A stretch of 64,000 nucleotides of DNA from positions 960,001 through 1,024,000 of the forward strand of contig CAWFOU010000007.1 of assembly GCA_963817525.1 (NCBI GenBank), read 5' to 3'. The notes beneath the pieces were generated by a model. That model ran no database searches, was not told where the DNA came from, and saw nothing but the letters and a program-made list of their open reading frames with translations. The stretch is from an uncultured archaeon (GTDB lineage: Archaea; Thermoproteota; Nitrososphaeria; Nitrososphaerales; Gagatemarchaeaceae). The position numbers and the translations under genes are program-made. Shown piece after piece: positions 47,736 to 57,631 of the stretch. The first letter of the stretch is position 1; the number at the start of each line of letters is the position of its first letter.

Positions 47736-50700
47736 TTGCTTCCCTCGAGATACCTCCTCATACCTCTCCTGGGATTCCTTCTGTTCTTCTCTCCTCTAAG
47801 CGCGTTCGCTCTGTCTCCGGCTGCTCGAGGCACCGCGCCGTCTGCGGCAGGAACCGCCATGACCCCTGCCCTAGCTTCTGTTAAGATGGCCGCCGAACCC
47901 GCGGCCGCTAACTCGACGACCGACCCCTGGGAGCAGTCTATGCTCCAGAATCCCCCGGCAGGCACTGGATGCTTCGTGTCCAGCCCTGGCGGAGGCGGCT
48001 GGCAGCCCGCCCCCTGTGGGACCGCCTCCGACGCACCCAACATGCCGCCGGCCGGGTCCTCCGCCGACGAGGTGGGCAACACGGACGACGAGGTGGCCAC
48101 CTCCTCAGGACCAATAATCGGGAGCTCGATTGGGACGTTCCCCGCCATCGACGGGCTGACCAGCGAGGTGGGCGGGACTGGGGCCCCGGCATTCCCGGGT
48201 AGCACCTGCCTGACAGGGGACGGCACCCCCAACTGCTACTCTCTCCAGCTCAACACCCAGACCTTCTCCTGCAACACGCCCTGGACCGGAGGGGTCACCA
48301 CCACCTGCTGGGAGCAGTTCGTCTCCAGCGACTCGGGCGAGCTCTACATCCAGTATTGGGTGCTCGGCTACTGCCACGACTCGGGAGGTTCAAACTGCGG
48401 CGACTCGTCTCCTTTCAACGCAACGAATCCTGCACCAAGCTTCTCGTGCCCCTCGATGAGCATCCCGAGCGGCTCCGGGTGGATGATGAGCGGGGGCGAC
48501 TGCTACGCCAACAGCGCCATGACCAGCCCTCCCACCACCGCTGCGACCAGCCTTGGGACGCTGACCCTCTCGGGGTTTGCCAACTACATGAGTAGCGGAA
48601 ACGACGTCATCATGCTGTGCATCTCGGGAGGGAGCTGCTACTCTGTGACCATCCAGGACAACATCGTGAACCTCTTCGAGAACTGGCACGACTCGGAGTT
48701 CAACGTCTTCGGTGACGCGAGCGGGTCGCAGGCGGTCTTCAACGCAGGGACCACGATCCTCGTGTCGAACCAGATAACGGACGAGAGCGGTGACTCGATT
48801 CCCGCAAGTTGCAACAACACCGGGTATACGGGAGAGTCGAACAACCTCTTCCTCGGCTCTTGTACCGGCGACAGTGGAGGGATCACCTTCGTAGAGTCGA
48901 GCCAGACGTTCAACTTTGCCGGCACCCAGACAGACAGCACGGTACTGGCGAGCGGACTCGCAACGTTCGCGGTCAGTCTGGACCTCACCAATGGCCCCGG
49001 TTCCCCGGTCGGGCTGAGCGTGATCGCCGGTCTTCCTTCAGGCGCGACCGCCTCCTTCTCGCCTAACACCGTCACGCCGTCGGGAGGGTCGACTCTAATG
49101 ATCACCACGACCCCTTCGGTCGCCCTCGGGGACTTCGCGCTGACGATCGAAGGGACGTTCGAGCTCTATACCGTCACCACCAGCGTCAACCTCCACGTCT
49201 ACGACTTTGGCGTGACTCTGTCGAGCGACGACACGGTCCTTAGGGGGACTTCGGCGATATACACGGTGGCGCTGACGCTACTACCGGGCTCTTCGACGAC
49301 AGGGGTTCCCGCCATGACCCTCTCGGTCTCGGGGGCGCCGTCTGACTCGACCACCAGCTTCAGCGCGGCCACCGAGACCCCCACGGATTCAGGCTGTAGT
49401 CTCTCGACGCTCGAGGACTGCCAGTACCTGACGGTCGCGACCAACGGTTCTCCATCGGGCTCTCTCGGCGACTACTCCCTCAGCGTGTCGGCGGTCAACT
49501 CCGGCCTCAGCGGGGGCCCGCGGTCTGCGACCACCGGCCTCAACATCTACGACTTCAACGTGGGGCTCTCTCCCGGGTCTGCCACCATCCCTCTGGGCGC
49601 CTCGACCTCGTACACCGTGACGTTGACGCTGGCTCCAGGCTCGTCAGCCCCTCCGGCGATTTCGCTCACCTCATCAGGCCTGCCGAGCGGCTCGACCTCC
49701 AACTTGTCCCCGAACACCGTCACCCCGACTTTGGCGGGCGCTACCTCGACTCTGACGGTCAACACGTTCCGCGGGTCGCCTGGTCCGACCGCGCTCGGTG
49801 ACTTCGCGCCGACCATCCAGGGGACGGACAACGTTGACCTGAGCAGCGGTTCTCGGTCCGGCTCTGCCGGCCTCCACATCTTCGATTACACGGTCAGCCT
49901 CACGCCTTCGAGCGCCACCCTCTTCTCTGGCTCTTCCACGATGATGTCAGTCGGCGTGGGACTCGTGCCGGGCTCGACGACCGTCGGGCTACCGAGCGTC
50001 AGCACGACCCTCACGGGCCTGCCGAGCGGCGTGACGATCAGCGGCTTTCCCTCCTCTCTCGGGATAGGCTCGAGCCAAACCTTCACCCTCTCGACCATCG
50101 CCACGGGGGGCTACGTCTCATGCCCGCAAGTCTCGAGCCACGGGGGACAGAACCTCAAAGACGCTGACCTCGCCCACTGCGACCTCGCCGGCTACAACCT
50201 GGGTGGGGACAATCTCCAGGGTGCGAACCTGATGTTCTCCGACCTCCAGAACGCGAACCTCGGGGGCTGTAACCTCCAAGGAGCCGACCTCGCCAGCGCC
50301 TTCACCTTGGGTGCCAATTTCCAGGGCACCAATATGGCGGGGGTCGACCTCTCCTCGGCTTCCAGCATCGAGACGGGGACGTTCACCCTGACCGCCACGG
50401 GGATGGTTCATGGCCAGTCGAGGAGCGGCACGGCGACACTCACAGTCTACGGCGACGACCTGAACGGGGGCGACTTCCAAGGAGCTAATCTTTCCGGGGC
50501 GAACCTCGCAGGCGACTTGGCGATGAACGCGAACTTCCAGGGCACCAACATGCAGCAGACCAACCTCTCGGGCGCGGTGTTCAGCGGCTCGTCCTTCCAA
50601 GGGGTCAACCTCCAAGGAGCCGACCTCGCCGGCGACCTGGTCACGAACGCTAACTTCCAGGGCACCAACATGCAGCAGACCAACCTCTCGGGAGGGACTT

Positions 50701-50846
50701 TCGCCGGTTCGACCTTCCAGGGGTCAAACCTGAGCAACAGCAACATGTCAAACGGCGACTTCAACAGCTGCGATTTCCAGGGCACTAACACCCGAGGAGC
50801 CAACATCACAGGAGCCACATTCGTGGGCGCGATCGACGCGCCGTAG
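47736..50846 (+). CDS. Large secreted protein: thermopsin-like domain, Ig-like repeats, C-terminal pentapeptide repeats
   Basis: TTATATA at 47704 suggests a TTG start at 47736; YSLQLNT/CWEQFV/EFNVFG/TGE; xLHIYDF repeats; ANLQGADL repeats. Confidence 0.85.
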   Translation: MLPSRYLLIPLLGFLLFFSPLSAFALSPAARGTAPSAAGTAMTPALASVKMAAEPAAANSTTDPWEQSMLQNPPAGTGCFVSSPGGGGWQPAPCGTASDAPNMPPAGSSADEVGNTDDEVATSSGPIIGSSIGTFPAIDGLTSEVGGTGAPAFPGSTCLTGDGTPNCYSLQLNTQTFSCNTPWTGGVTTTCWEQFVSSDSGELYIQYWVLGYCHDSGGSNCGDSSPFNATNPAPSFSCPSMSIPSGSGWMMSGGDCYANSAMTSPPTTAATSLGTLTLSGFANYMSSGNDVIMLCISGGSCYSVTIQDNIVNLFENWHDSEFNVFGDASGSQAVFNAGTTILVSNQITDESGDSIPASCNNTGYTGESNNLFLGSCTGDSGGITFVESSQTFNFAGTQTDSTVLASGLATFAVSLDLTNGPGSPVGLSVIAGLPSGATASFSPNTVTPSGGSTLMITTTPSVALGDFALTIEGTFELYTVTTSVNLHVYDFGVTLSSDDTVLRGTSAIYTVALTLLPGSSTTGVPAMTLSVSGAPSDSTTSFSAATETPTDSGCSLSTLEDCQYLTVATNGSPSGSLGDYSLSVSAVNSGLSGGPRSATTGLNIYDFNVGLSPGSATIPLGASTSYTVTLTLAPGSSAPPAISLTSSGLPSGSTSNLSPNTVTPTLAGATSTLTVNTFRGSPGPTALGDFAPTIQGTDNVDLSSGSRSGSAGLHIFDYTVSLTPSSATLFSGSSTMMSVGVGLVPGSTTVGLPSVSTTLTGLPSGVTISGFPSSLGIGSSQTFTLSTIATGGYVSCPQVSSHGGQNLKDADLAHCDLAGYNLGGDNLQGANLMFSDLQNANLGGCNLQGADLASAFTLGANFQGTNMAGVDLSSASSIETGTFTLTATGMVHGQSRSGTATLTVYGDDLNGGDFQGANLSGANLAGDLAMNANFQGTNMQQTNLSGAVFSGSSFQGVNLQGADLAGDLVTNANFQGTNMQQTNLSGGTFAGSTFQGSNLSNSNMSNGDFNSCDFQGTNTRGANITGATFVGAIDAP

Positions 50847-50847
50847 C

Positions 50848-51405
50848 CTATCCAGACGCCTGGGGCGGCGCTTCGAGGGTCCCGACTATGAACGAGCCAG
50901 CGCCGACGGTGCTGCAGTACGCCCACCCTGCCTCGGCCGCGGGCGACCCCCGGAGCTCCCAGAGGCAGTTGGCCCATAAAGGTGCGGTGGAGTTGGTAAA
51001 GGGATAGAATGTGGCCACGGTGAAACTCTCGGTCGCCGTCACTTGCACGGTCTGGATGCACCCCTGCTCGGTCCGGGCCTGACTCTGGCAAGGGAAGACG
51101 TATGCGTTCGCCGAACTGCCGCCCCAGCAGGGCGCGGGCGCTCCTCCCGCGGTGCATCCCCCCGTGGCCTCGAGGTATGCATAGGCCTGGGAGGAAGAAG
51201 GATTGGCGATCGAGGTGGAACTCGATACCTCCGAAGTCGTGCCCAAGCCGCTGCTAACGGCCGTGCTGGTGGGCGTACCACTCGAGGTGGTCGTCGCGGA
51301 AGGCACCAACGCCAGGACCGCATAGAAGGTGATCGCTATCACCACGATGACTACGGCGATGCCGATAATTCGCGTTGCCACGCCCGCTCTCTCTTCCGTC
51401 CTCAT
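50848..51405 (-). CDS. Membrane-anchored Cys-rich protein
   Basis: Homolog of 33342-33926 (NAYVFPC..QGC..YPFTNST..WANC..YC). Confidence 0.8.
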   Translation of the reverse strand: MRTEERAGVATRIIGIAVVIVVIAITFYAVLALVPSATTTSSGTPTSTAVSSGLGTTSEVSSSTSIANPSSSQAYAYLEATGGCTAGGAPAPCWGGSSANAYVFPCQSQARTEQGCIQTVQVTATESFTVATFYPFTNSTAPLWANCLWELRGSPAAEAGWAYCSTVGAGSFIVGTLEAPPQASG

Positions 51406-51592
51406 GGCCTATCGCAGGGGGATTTGGCACGCAACAATATAGTCCTAACATCTAGAACAGCGAAGCGAACGCCCGGAGCATCGCGGAGGCGGCTGCGACT
51501 CAGGCCTTCCGGCGACCTATCTGTCCCGCCTCTCTTCTCTTGCTTCTCTGACAACTCGATTGCCCCTTCGAAGCTGAGGAGACCCCCATTGT

Positions 51593-52027
51593 TTGGTGAG
51601 AAAGTATACAGCAGGGAGCTCGGGAGAGGCTCTGGCCCTGGAAGCAGAAAACGTCTTCAAGATAGCGGCGACCCATTCCAGAGTTCGCGAGTTCCTGACA
51701 AGCAACGGGTGGGAGTTCCAAGGAAAGGACGAGGACACGGAGATGGACTCGTTCAGAAAAAAGGGAACCAGGAAAGATCTGTTCGTCGAAGACATTTCGG
51801 ATGACTTTCCGGTGACCTTTCTTATGGGCGCCCTCAGCTTGGCGGAGTTCAGTGACATCGCTAGTGAATTGACGGCAGAGATCAAGCTACTCGAGGTCGA
51901 CAGTAGTTGGGAAGGGAGAGCGACGACCATCGTGGTCGCGATGACAGAAGGGCAGGTTAGGAGAATGTTCGGCGCAAGAACAAAGATGAGAAAGCTTGCG
52001 GTTCGCCGAACAGCACCACAGATTTGA
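51593..52027 (+). CDS. Hypothetical protein
   Basis: 144-aa ORF with plausible composition. Confidence 0.6.
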   Translation: MVRKYTAGSSGEALALEAENVFKIAATHSRVREFLTSNGWEFQGKDEDTEMDSFRKKGTRKDLFVEDISDDFPVTFLMGALSLAEFSDIASELTAEIKLLEVDSSWEGRATTIVVAMTEGQVRRMFGARTKMRKLAVRRTAPQI

Positions 52028-52154
52028 ACCAGGTGCCCAGATTCCCGGGGACCACGTCCTCTACTCTCTCCCAGCCTTGTGCCGTCTGGCCGCACACGCC
52101 GACTAGGACGAATGTTTCATCGCGTTAATACATCGCCTAGTGCCTGCTGGGCAT

Positions 52155-52541
52155 ATGGCAAGCTCAGTGCTGCGAGAGATATTCGGAGGCCCCGAGTACA
52201 TCGGGCCCGTCTCAGGGGTCAAGCAGGAGTACCACGTCTTCAGGACACCACGGGGGGACTACGCGGTCATGAGCAAGAGCAACCGGAGCACAACGTCGTT
52301 CCACATGACCTTCGTACCAGAGGTGAGGGTCGAGTCGCTTAGGACTGCCATCCCGAAGAAGGGGACGACCTCGACCATGCTCTTGAGAGACAAAAAGATC
52401 ATCGAGATGTTCGGGGTCGATGACAAGAACGCGCTCTACTTCGAAGTGCTAACGACCTTGTACGTCCTTGCCTCGCTGGGCGCGGTCGCGATCACCAAGT
52501 CCGGCAGGAGTCTAGTCTTCACTCCCAGAGAAGGGGCTTAA
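52155..52541 (+). CDS. Hypothetical protein
   Basis: ATG ORF with host codon bias. Confidence 0.7.
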   Translation: MASSVLREIFGGPEYIGPVSGVKQEYHVFRTPRGDYAVMSKSNRSTTSFHMTFVPEVRVESLRTAIPKKGTTSTMLLRDKKIIEMFGVDDKNALYFEVLTTLYVLASLGAVAITKSGRSLVFTPREGA

Positions 52542-52570
52542 CTAGGTCAAAGACACTCATCCATGGCCTA

Positions 52571-52591
52571 AAATCCCGGCGACTGCGTACC
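52571..52591. repeat. Degenerate copy of tRNA-Gly 3' end (att scar)
   Basis: aaatcccggcgactgcgtacc is 19/21 identical to 46842-46862. Confidence 0.8.
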
Positions 52592-52633
52592 CCTTGTAGT
52601 TCAGAACAGCCGCGCGCCAGACTTGGGTTCTTC

Positions 52634-54076
52634 TCAGAGTGTCCGTCCGCTCGGGACATGACCGTGCGGCAAAGTCCGCCTGCGGATGAGAAGGTACGAC
52701 GCGACGAGCAGTGCTGTGAACGCCGCCGCTAGTGCTAGCTGATATGGGAATACTGGGACACCCCCGCCACTCTTGCTCGAAGTGGTTGCCGTGACTGACG
52801 TGGTCGGGCCGCCGATTGATGTCGTGATGACGCTGGTGCTAGTGGTCGTGCTAGTGCTAGAGCTAGTGACAATGGTGGTGCTGGATGTCGTGGTCGAACT
52901 GCTGGCCGACGTCGTCGACGACGAGCCTTGGTATGTCAACGGGTTGGCGTACTCGAGCACCCTGGCGTAGCCAGGATCCGAGACCCACAGGTTCCCGGAG
53001 GAGTCGAATGCAAGTCCCTCTGGGTATCCCAGCTGCGTTTGCGTGGCGTTCGGTCCTCCGAAGAAGTACGAGTACTGCCCGATAAGGCGGCTCGCGTTCT
53101 CCCCGGTCGAGAGCGGAGTCGCAAACTCGAGGACTCGGCTGTTCCCGGAGTCCGAGACCCAAAGGTCACCGGAGTGGTCGAACGCGATAGCCTCGGGCAG
53201 GGTCACCGTCGACTGTGTATCGTTCCCGCCGTACGAGGTAAAGTCCGGTGCGCCTATGACCAGGCTCGCCGCCTCGCCGTCTGAGAAGGGATGCGCGAAC
53301 TCCATGATCCTGCTGTTGTCGGTGTCAGCTACCCACAGGTTCCCTGACTGGTCGAATGCCATGTCCTCCGGGCCCGACATATTCGCGTTCGCGAGATTGT
53401 CCGAGGTGCCGGTCAGGCTGGACTGCCCCAAGACCAGGCTCGCTGGCTCCCCCGTCGAGAGCGGCGCCTTGAACTCAACTACGCGGTTATCTGACTGGTC
53501 GGCCACCCAGAGGTTGCCCGAGGAGTCGAAGGCAATCCCGCCCACCTCGCCCAGGTTGCTCGCGTTCACCGTCCCCGCCGACGGTTCTCCGATGATCGTG
53601 CTTACATTCTCCCCAATGGTCAGCGGCGCCTTAAACTCGACGATGCTATCATTCTGGCTGTCCGCGACCCAGAGGTTTCCGCTGGGGTCGAAAGCGATGC
53701 CATTGGGACTGCAGACGTAATCCAGGCCTGTATTGTCGCAACCATTCGCCGCAAAGCTGGGTGACCCGACTTCGACGCTCGCGCTCTCGTTGAAAGTGAA
53801 AGGCGGCTTGTACTCGACCACGTAACTGTTGCCGTAGTCCGACACCCAGAGGTCACCGGACTTGTCGAACGCGGCGAACTCCGGCTGGCTGAGACCGTTG
53901 GGCCCCGGTGCCGCGGCCGAGGAGTAGAAGTTGGGCTGGCCCAGAACGAGCGACGCAGGCTCGGGCGTTATCGTGGGGGGCTCTTGCGCGCGGGCGGAAC
54001 CGAGCGAATTCAAGCCCAGCAAAAGCAAGACCGACAGCGCAGAGAGGGCTGCGCTGCGAGTCGCGACTTTCAACAA
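52634..54076 (-). CDS. NHL-repeat surface protein with PEF-CTERM-like (VPVFP) sorting signal
   Basis: Six AFDxSGNLWVADxxNxRV repeats; Thr/Ser linker; GGVPVFP + TM + RRR. Confidence 0.9.
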   Translation of the reverse strand: MLKVATRSAALSALSVLLLLGLNSLGSARAQEPPTITPEPASLVLGQPNFYSSAAAPGPNGLSQPEFAAFDKSGDLWVSDYGNSYVVEYKPPFTFNESASVEVGSPSFAANGCDNTGLDYVCSPNGIAFDPSGNLWVADSQNDSIVEFKAPLTIGENVSTIIGEPSAGTVNASNLGEVGGIAFDSSGNLWVADQSDNRVVEFKAPLSTGEPASLVLGQSSLTGTSDNLANANMSGPEDMAFDQSGNLWVADTDNSRIMEFAHPFSDGEAASLVIGAPDFTSYGGNDTQSTVTLPEAIAFDHSGDLWVSDSGNSRVLEFATPLSTGENASRLIGQYSYFFGGPNATQTQLGYPEGLAFDSSGNLWVSDPGYARVLEYANPLTYQGSSSTTSASSSTTTSSTTIVTSSSTSTTTSTSVITTSIGGPTTSVTATTSSKSGGGVPVFPYQLALAAAFTALLVASYLLIRRRTLPHGHVPSGRTL

Positions 54077-54116
54077 GCCTCAATTCTCAGTCGTGATATT
54101 TAACCCTGAGACGTAC

Positions 54117-55073
54117 TCAGCCAAGCGAAGGACGCGCCGGAGATGGCGCCGTCCCGTCGGCGGCGAGAGATGACCTCGGGACTGTCCGTGAGTAAGCGAG
54201 GAGGACTGCGAGGTAGAAGGCGAAGAACATGGCGTACCCGAGCCAGTCGTGTATGCTCCAGAAGGCCGCCGAGCCGTCGACGAACCCGAACCATATCATG
54301 AGCGCTATCCTCACCGAGTCGAGGACGGGGATCACTGCCAATCCGACGACCGCGAACTTGAGCGTGGTGGCAAGGGGCGAACCCATGTCCAAGTACATCA
54401 GGCCAAGCAGGGCCAGATAGATGCTGATGGAGTAGACGGCAGAGCAGACGGGCGTCACCACGGCGCTTATCGGCTCGCCCGACGAAGAGATGAACCCGAA
54501 TGAGACGCCCTGCCAAGCGACGTGCAAACCTAGGGCGCTCGTCATGCCCTCGGCCAGAGAGCTGGAGAACGAGGCCATCGGAGCGCCTAGGGTATCGAGC
54601 ATGAAGAGCGGAGACACCAGCCCGAGCGCGTAGAGGGAAGCATAGGGCAACATTATCCTCCACATCGTCGGATTGATGGCCAGTAAGCTCCCATAAGCGA
54701 CAAGCACCAGAGAGCACGCGGACAACTCCATGCCCAGATACTCGGAGGGTCCCCCCTGGCCGAAGACCAGGACCCAGACGATCGCTGGGAGAAGGACGAG
54801 TGCCACTCCGGCCAGCCTCACCGGAAGCATGGACGTCAGCCCATGCTCCTTGAGCAGTATCCTGTGGAAGTCCGGCCATCGCAGTGCGGTGAGCAGGACA
54901 AGGAGAGCGAGGAAGGGGTACGCCGGAAACACGGTGCCCAGGGTCTCCGTCAGCAGCTCGTCGAGCCCCGAAATGAGGATGAATAGCTGATTCGAGTATA
55001 GCGTCAGCACTAGAGCGGCCGTCGCTGCGACCCATACCGTCAGCCTGGCGTGGCCCCGGTCCAAGCTGATCAT
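54117..55073 (-). CDS. Exosortase/archaeosortase-family protein
   Basis: Polytopic; VTPVCSAVYS (Cys), DSVRI (Arg), IHDWLGY (His). Confidence 0.85.
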   Translation of the reverse strand: MISLDRGHARLTVWVAATAALVLTLYSNQLFILISGLDELLTETLGTVFPAYPFLALLVLLTALRWPDFHRILLKEHGLTSMLPVRLAGVALVLLPAIVWVLVFGQGGPSEYLGMELSACSLVLVAYGSLLAINPTMWRIMLPYASLYALGLVSPLFMLDTLGAPMASFSSSLAEGMTSALGLHVAWQGVSFGFISSSGEPISAVVTPVCSAVYSISIYLALLGLMYLDMGSPLATTLKFAVVGLAVIPVLDSVRIALMIWFGFVDGSAAFWSIHDWLGYAMFFAFYLAVLLAYSRTVPRSSLAADGTAPSPARPSLG

Positions 55074-55250
55074 GGCTCAACCTCGGACCGGCACACAGGG
55101 AACACGTAACTCACGATTCGACAGTAATCTGAGACCCTGGCCGGAGAAAAGCGTTGCGACAGGGGGCCGACCAGTCCTCGCCCGGGCCAGAGCCCTCGCC
55201 GCGCGGATGGTTGCGCAAGCCTCGGCGAAACGCCGGACGCGATCAGCGTT

Positions 55251-55451
55251 TCAGCGACTGAGTCTGACCGGAGGCCGAGGGACTTGAGGGGTCCTCCCTG
55301 CTCTTGCCTCTTGCAAGAAGCAGGCGAGGCATAGGTAACCGCCGACACCCTCAACGGTAACGAAGGGTCTTCCCGGATTTCCGCAGGCGCATCGTCCGTG
55401 CCGCTCTTCCCCCTGGGATAGCGCAATCGTCTTCTTGGAGTCCGGGCTCAA
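55251..55451 (-). CDS. Putative small zinc-binding protein
   Basis: CACG...LCLAC. Confidence 0.4.
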   Translation of the reverse strand: MSPDSKKTIALSQGEERHGRCACGNPGRPFVTVEGVGGYLCLACFLQEARAGRTPQVPRPPVRLSR

Positions 55452-55639
55452 AGCTCATCCCTTCCGGGGCCGGACGTCTCTTGCATACCCGGTGTATAGT
55501 CGGCGTCGGACTTAAGTCTTAATTATATATAATTATCAAAATACTAATCGTGGCCTTGAAATCAGCAAGGTCTGCTCTCGCGGCATTGCCCGCCACTCCG
55601 AAGAAGTGCCTTTCCAAAAACGACGTCACCTAGCGCGTC

Positions 55640-57493
55640 TCATCGCCTGCGCTGATGGTGATGTTTCCTCGGGGAATTGATCGCGACGATGTCGAAGAGT
55701 ATCCGCCTGAAGTTCATGGTCAGAGTCCTCGCGTAGAACTGGCCCTCTATCACCATGTCGTGGAGGTTGTGCTCCCTCTTCTCGTGCTCCTCGAACCTCT
55801 CGAAGGAAAGGCAGTCCTCCAGGTAGGGCCTGAGCTTGTAGACGTCTGGGTTCGCCACGACCTCCGCTGGGATGGGCTCCCTCCCTGTGGAGAGGAGCAG
55901 GTCGTCGAGCGCCTCCCTGGCGGCGGTGAAGCTCTTCCAGGCCTCCTCGACGAAGCTCAGGTAGATCCCGTGCCCGATGAGCCTCGAGATGAAGGTCCCC
56001 TCCTTGTCCTCCGAGTACCTCTTGAGGAGCAGCGCCTTGATGTTGAGCTCGCTCGACTTGTCGAAGCCGTAGAGGAAGTTGCGCGCGAGCCCCTCGAGGT
56101 CAGTCTTCCACGCGTGGTTGAGCGAGTCGCCGAAGGCCCCGCTCGCGAGGAGGAACCTCGCCATGTCATAGTCTCCCGAGATGAGCGCGCTCGAGATCAT
56201 GTGGGCAAAGTCTGGGTCGTAGGGGATCTCCGTCATCAGGACTCCCTTCTCGGTTATCTCGTGCGAGTGCTGCTCTATCGCCCCTATCTTGATGAGCCAG
56301 TCCTCCGCGAAAGCCACCTCCTTGTGGTTGACCTTCGACATGAACTCCAGGTCCGAGAGCTTTAGGCCGTACTTTGACATGAGGAGGACGATGTCGAAAG
56401 GCGTCTCGGTCTCGAGCGCCTTGCGCACGGGCACCGGGGTGATCTTCTTCGGGATGGGGGTGTCGGAGATGACCACCGCCCGCCCGGGCTTGAAACGGCC
56501 GATCCTCCCTATCATCTGGAGGAGCGAGTTGTTGTCTATCTTCTTGTAGTGCAGGGTCTTCTGGCCCTCCTTCTCCTTCCCGTCTATCACCTCGTTGAAT
56601 ATCAGGACGTTGTCGACGTAGATGTTGACGGAGGAGGCGATGACGTTGGTCGCGAATATCCTGAGGTTCTTGTCCATCTCCGCCCTCGCCTGGATCTTGT
56701 TGATTTCCGAGCCCTCCAGCCCGCCGTGGATGTAGACGCCGCCGTAGCTCGAGGCGTACTTCTCGACCAGGCGCCTCGTGGGGAGGAAGACCAGCCACGA
56801 CTCGTCGTGGGGCTGGGTGTAGAGGTAGCCAGCGAGGCGCTTGAACATGTCGTCCACGTCCCTCGCCTGCTCCACCTCTATCTTCACGGGGAACCTGCGC
56901 CCGGTGAGCGAGTAGAGCTTGGAGATGCCGAGGAAGTAGAGGAACTCGTGGGGGTCTATCGTCGCGCTCATCACCCTGAAGAGGTTACCCGCCTTCGCCT
57001 CCTCCTTCTTGGCGAGCGAGAGGCAGAGCTCGAGCTGGGAGGACATCTGGTGGCTCTCGTCGAAGTAGATGGACGAGTCGACGACCGAGTTCTCCGCGAG
57101 CATCCTGAGCAGGACGCCGTCGGTGACTATCTCGATCTTCCCTCCCACGTTGATCTTGGTGTCCTTCGTGATGACCGCGAGCTCGTGCTTCACCTCGGGG
57201 TGGAGGGCCTCCAGCGAATAGTAGAGGGCGCTGCACGAAGCCCTCGACGGCTCGCGGATGATTATCCTCCGGCTCCTCCCCGTGAGCTCGAACTCGTGAA
57301 TCGGGGTCACCGTGCTCTTCCCCGTCCCGACGTCCCCGATGATCACAAAGTGGTCGGAGAAGTCTATCTTGTCGAGTATGTTGAATATCGGGAGGTCGGG
57401 CCTCTTCTTCTGCGCGGCCGTGTTCGGCGGAGGGGTGACGACCTCAAGCTGGGCGGGCTCGGCCGAGTCGTCGACGTCAGAATCCAGAGCCAT
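55640..57493 (-). CDS. DEAH/RHA (HrpA/HrpB-like) helicase
   Basis: GDVGTGKST, TDGVLLR, FDESH, MSAT, GRRFPV, LVFLP, ATNVIASSVNI, QMIGRIGR, HA2-like ITEKGVLMTEIPYDP. Confidence 0.88.
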   Translation of the reverse strand: MALDSDVDDSAEPAQLEVVTPPPNTAAQKKRPDLPIFNILDKIDFSDHFVIIGDVGTGKSTVTPIHEFELTGRSRRIIIREPSRASCSALYYSLEALHPEVKHELAVITKDTKINVGGKIEIVTDGVLLRMLAENSVVDSSIYFDESHQMSSQLELCLSLAKKEEAKAGNLFRVMSATIDPHEFLYFLGISKLYSLTGRRFPVKIEVEQARDVDDMFKRLAGYLYTQPHDESWLVFLPTRRLVEKYASSYGGVYIHGGLEGSEINKIQARAEMDKNLRIFATNVIASSVNIYVDNVLIFNEVIDGKEKEGQKTLHYKKIDNNSLLQMIGRIGRFKPGRAVVISDTPIPKKITPVPVRKALETETPFDIVLLMSKYGLKLSDLEFMSKVNHKEVAFAEDWLIKIGAIEQHSHEITEKGVLMTEIPYDPDFAHMISSALISGDYDMARFLLASGAFGDSLNHAWKTDLEGLARNFLYGFDKSSELNIKALLLKRYSEDKEGTFISRLIGHGIYLSFVEEAWKSFTAAREALDDLLLSTGREPIPAEVVANPDVYKLRPYLEDCLSFERFEEHEKREHNLHDMVIEGQFYARTLTMNFRRILFDIVAINSPRKHHHQRRR

Positions 57494-57631
57494 AGCCTAG
57501 CCTCGATTGCGAGCCGTCGGCGGGGAGAGATAAACAAGTCGTAGCCGACGTTGACCTCGTCGGGAGCGAGTCCCGACCGCGAGCATTGTCCGCGAACCAT
57601 TAAATCCTCAAGATACCCTCGCGACGTCGAT

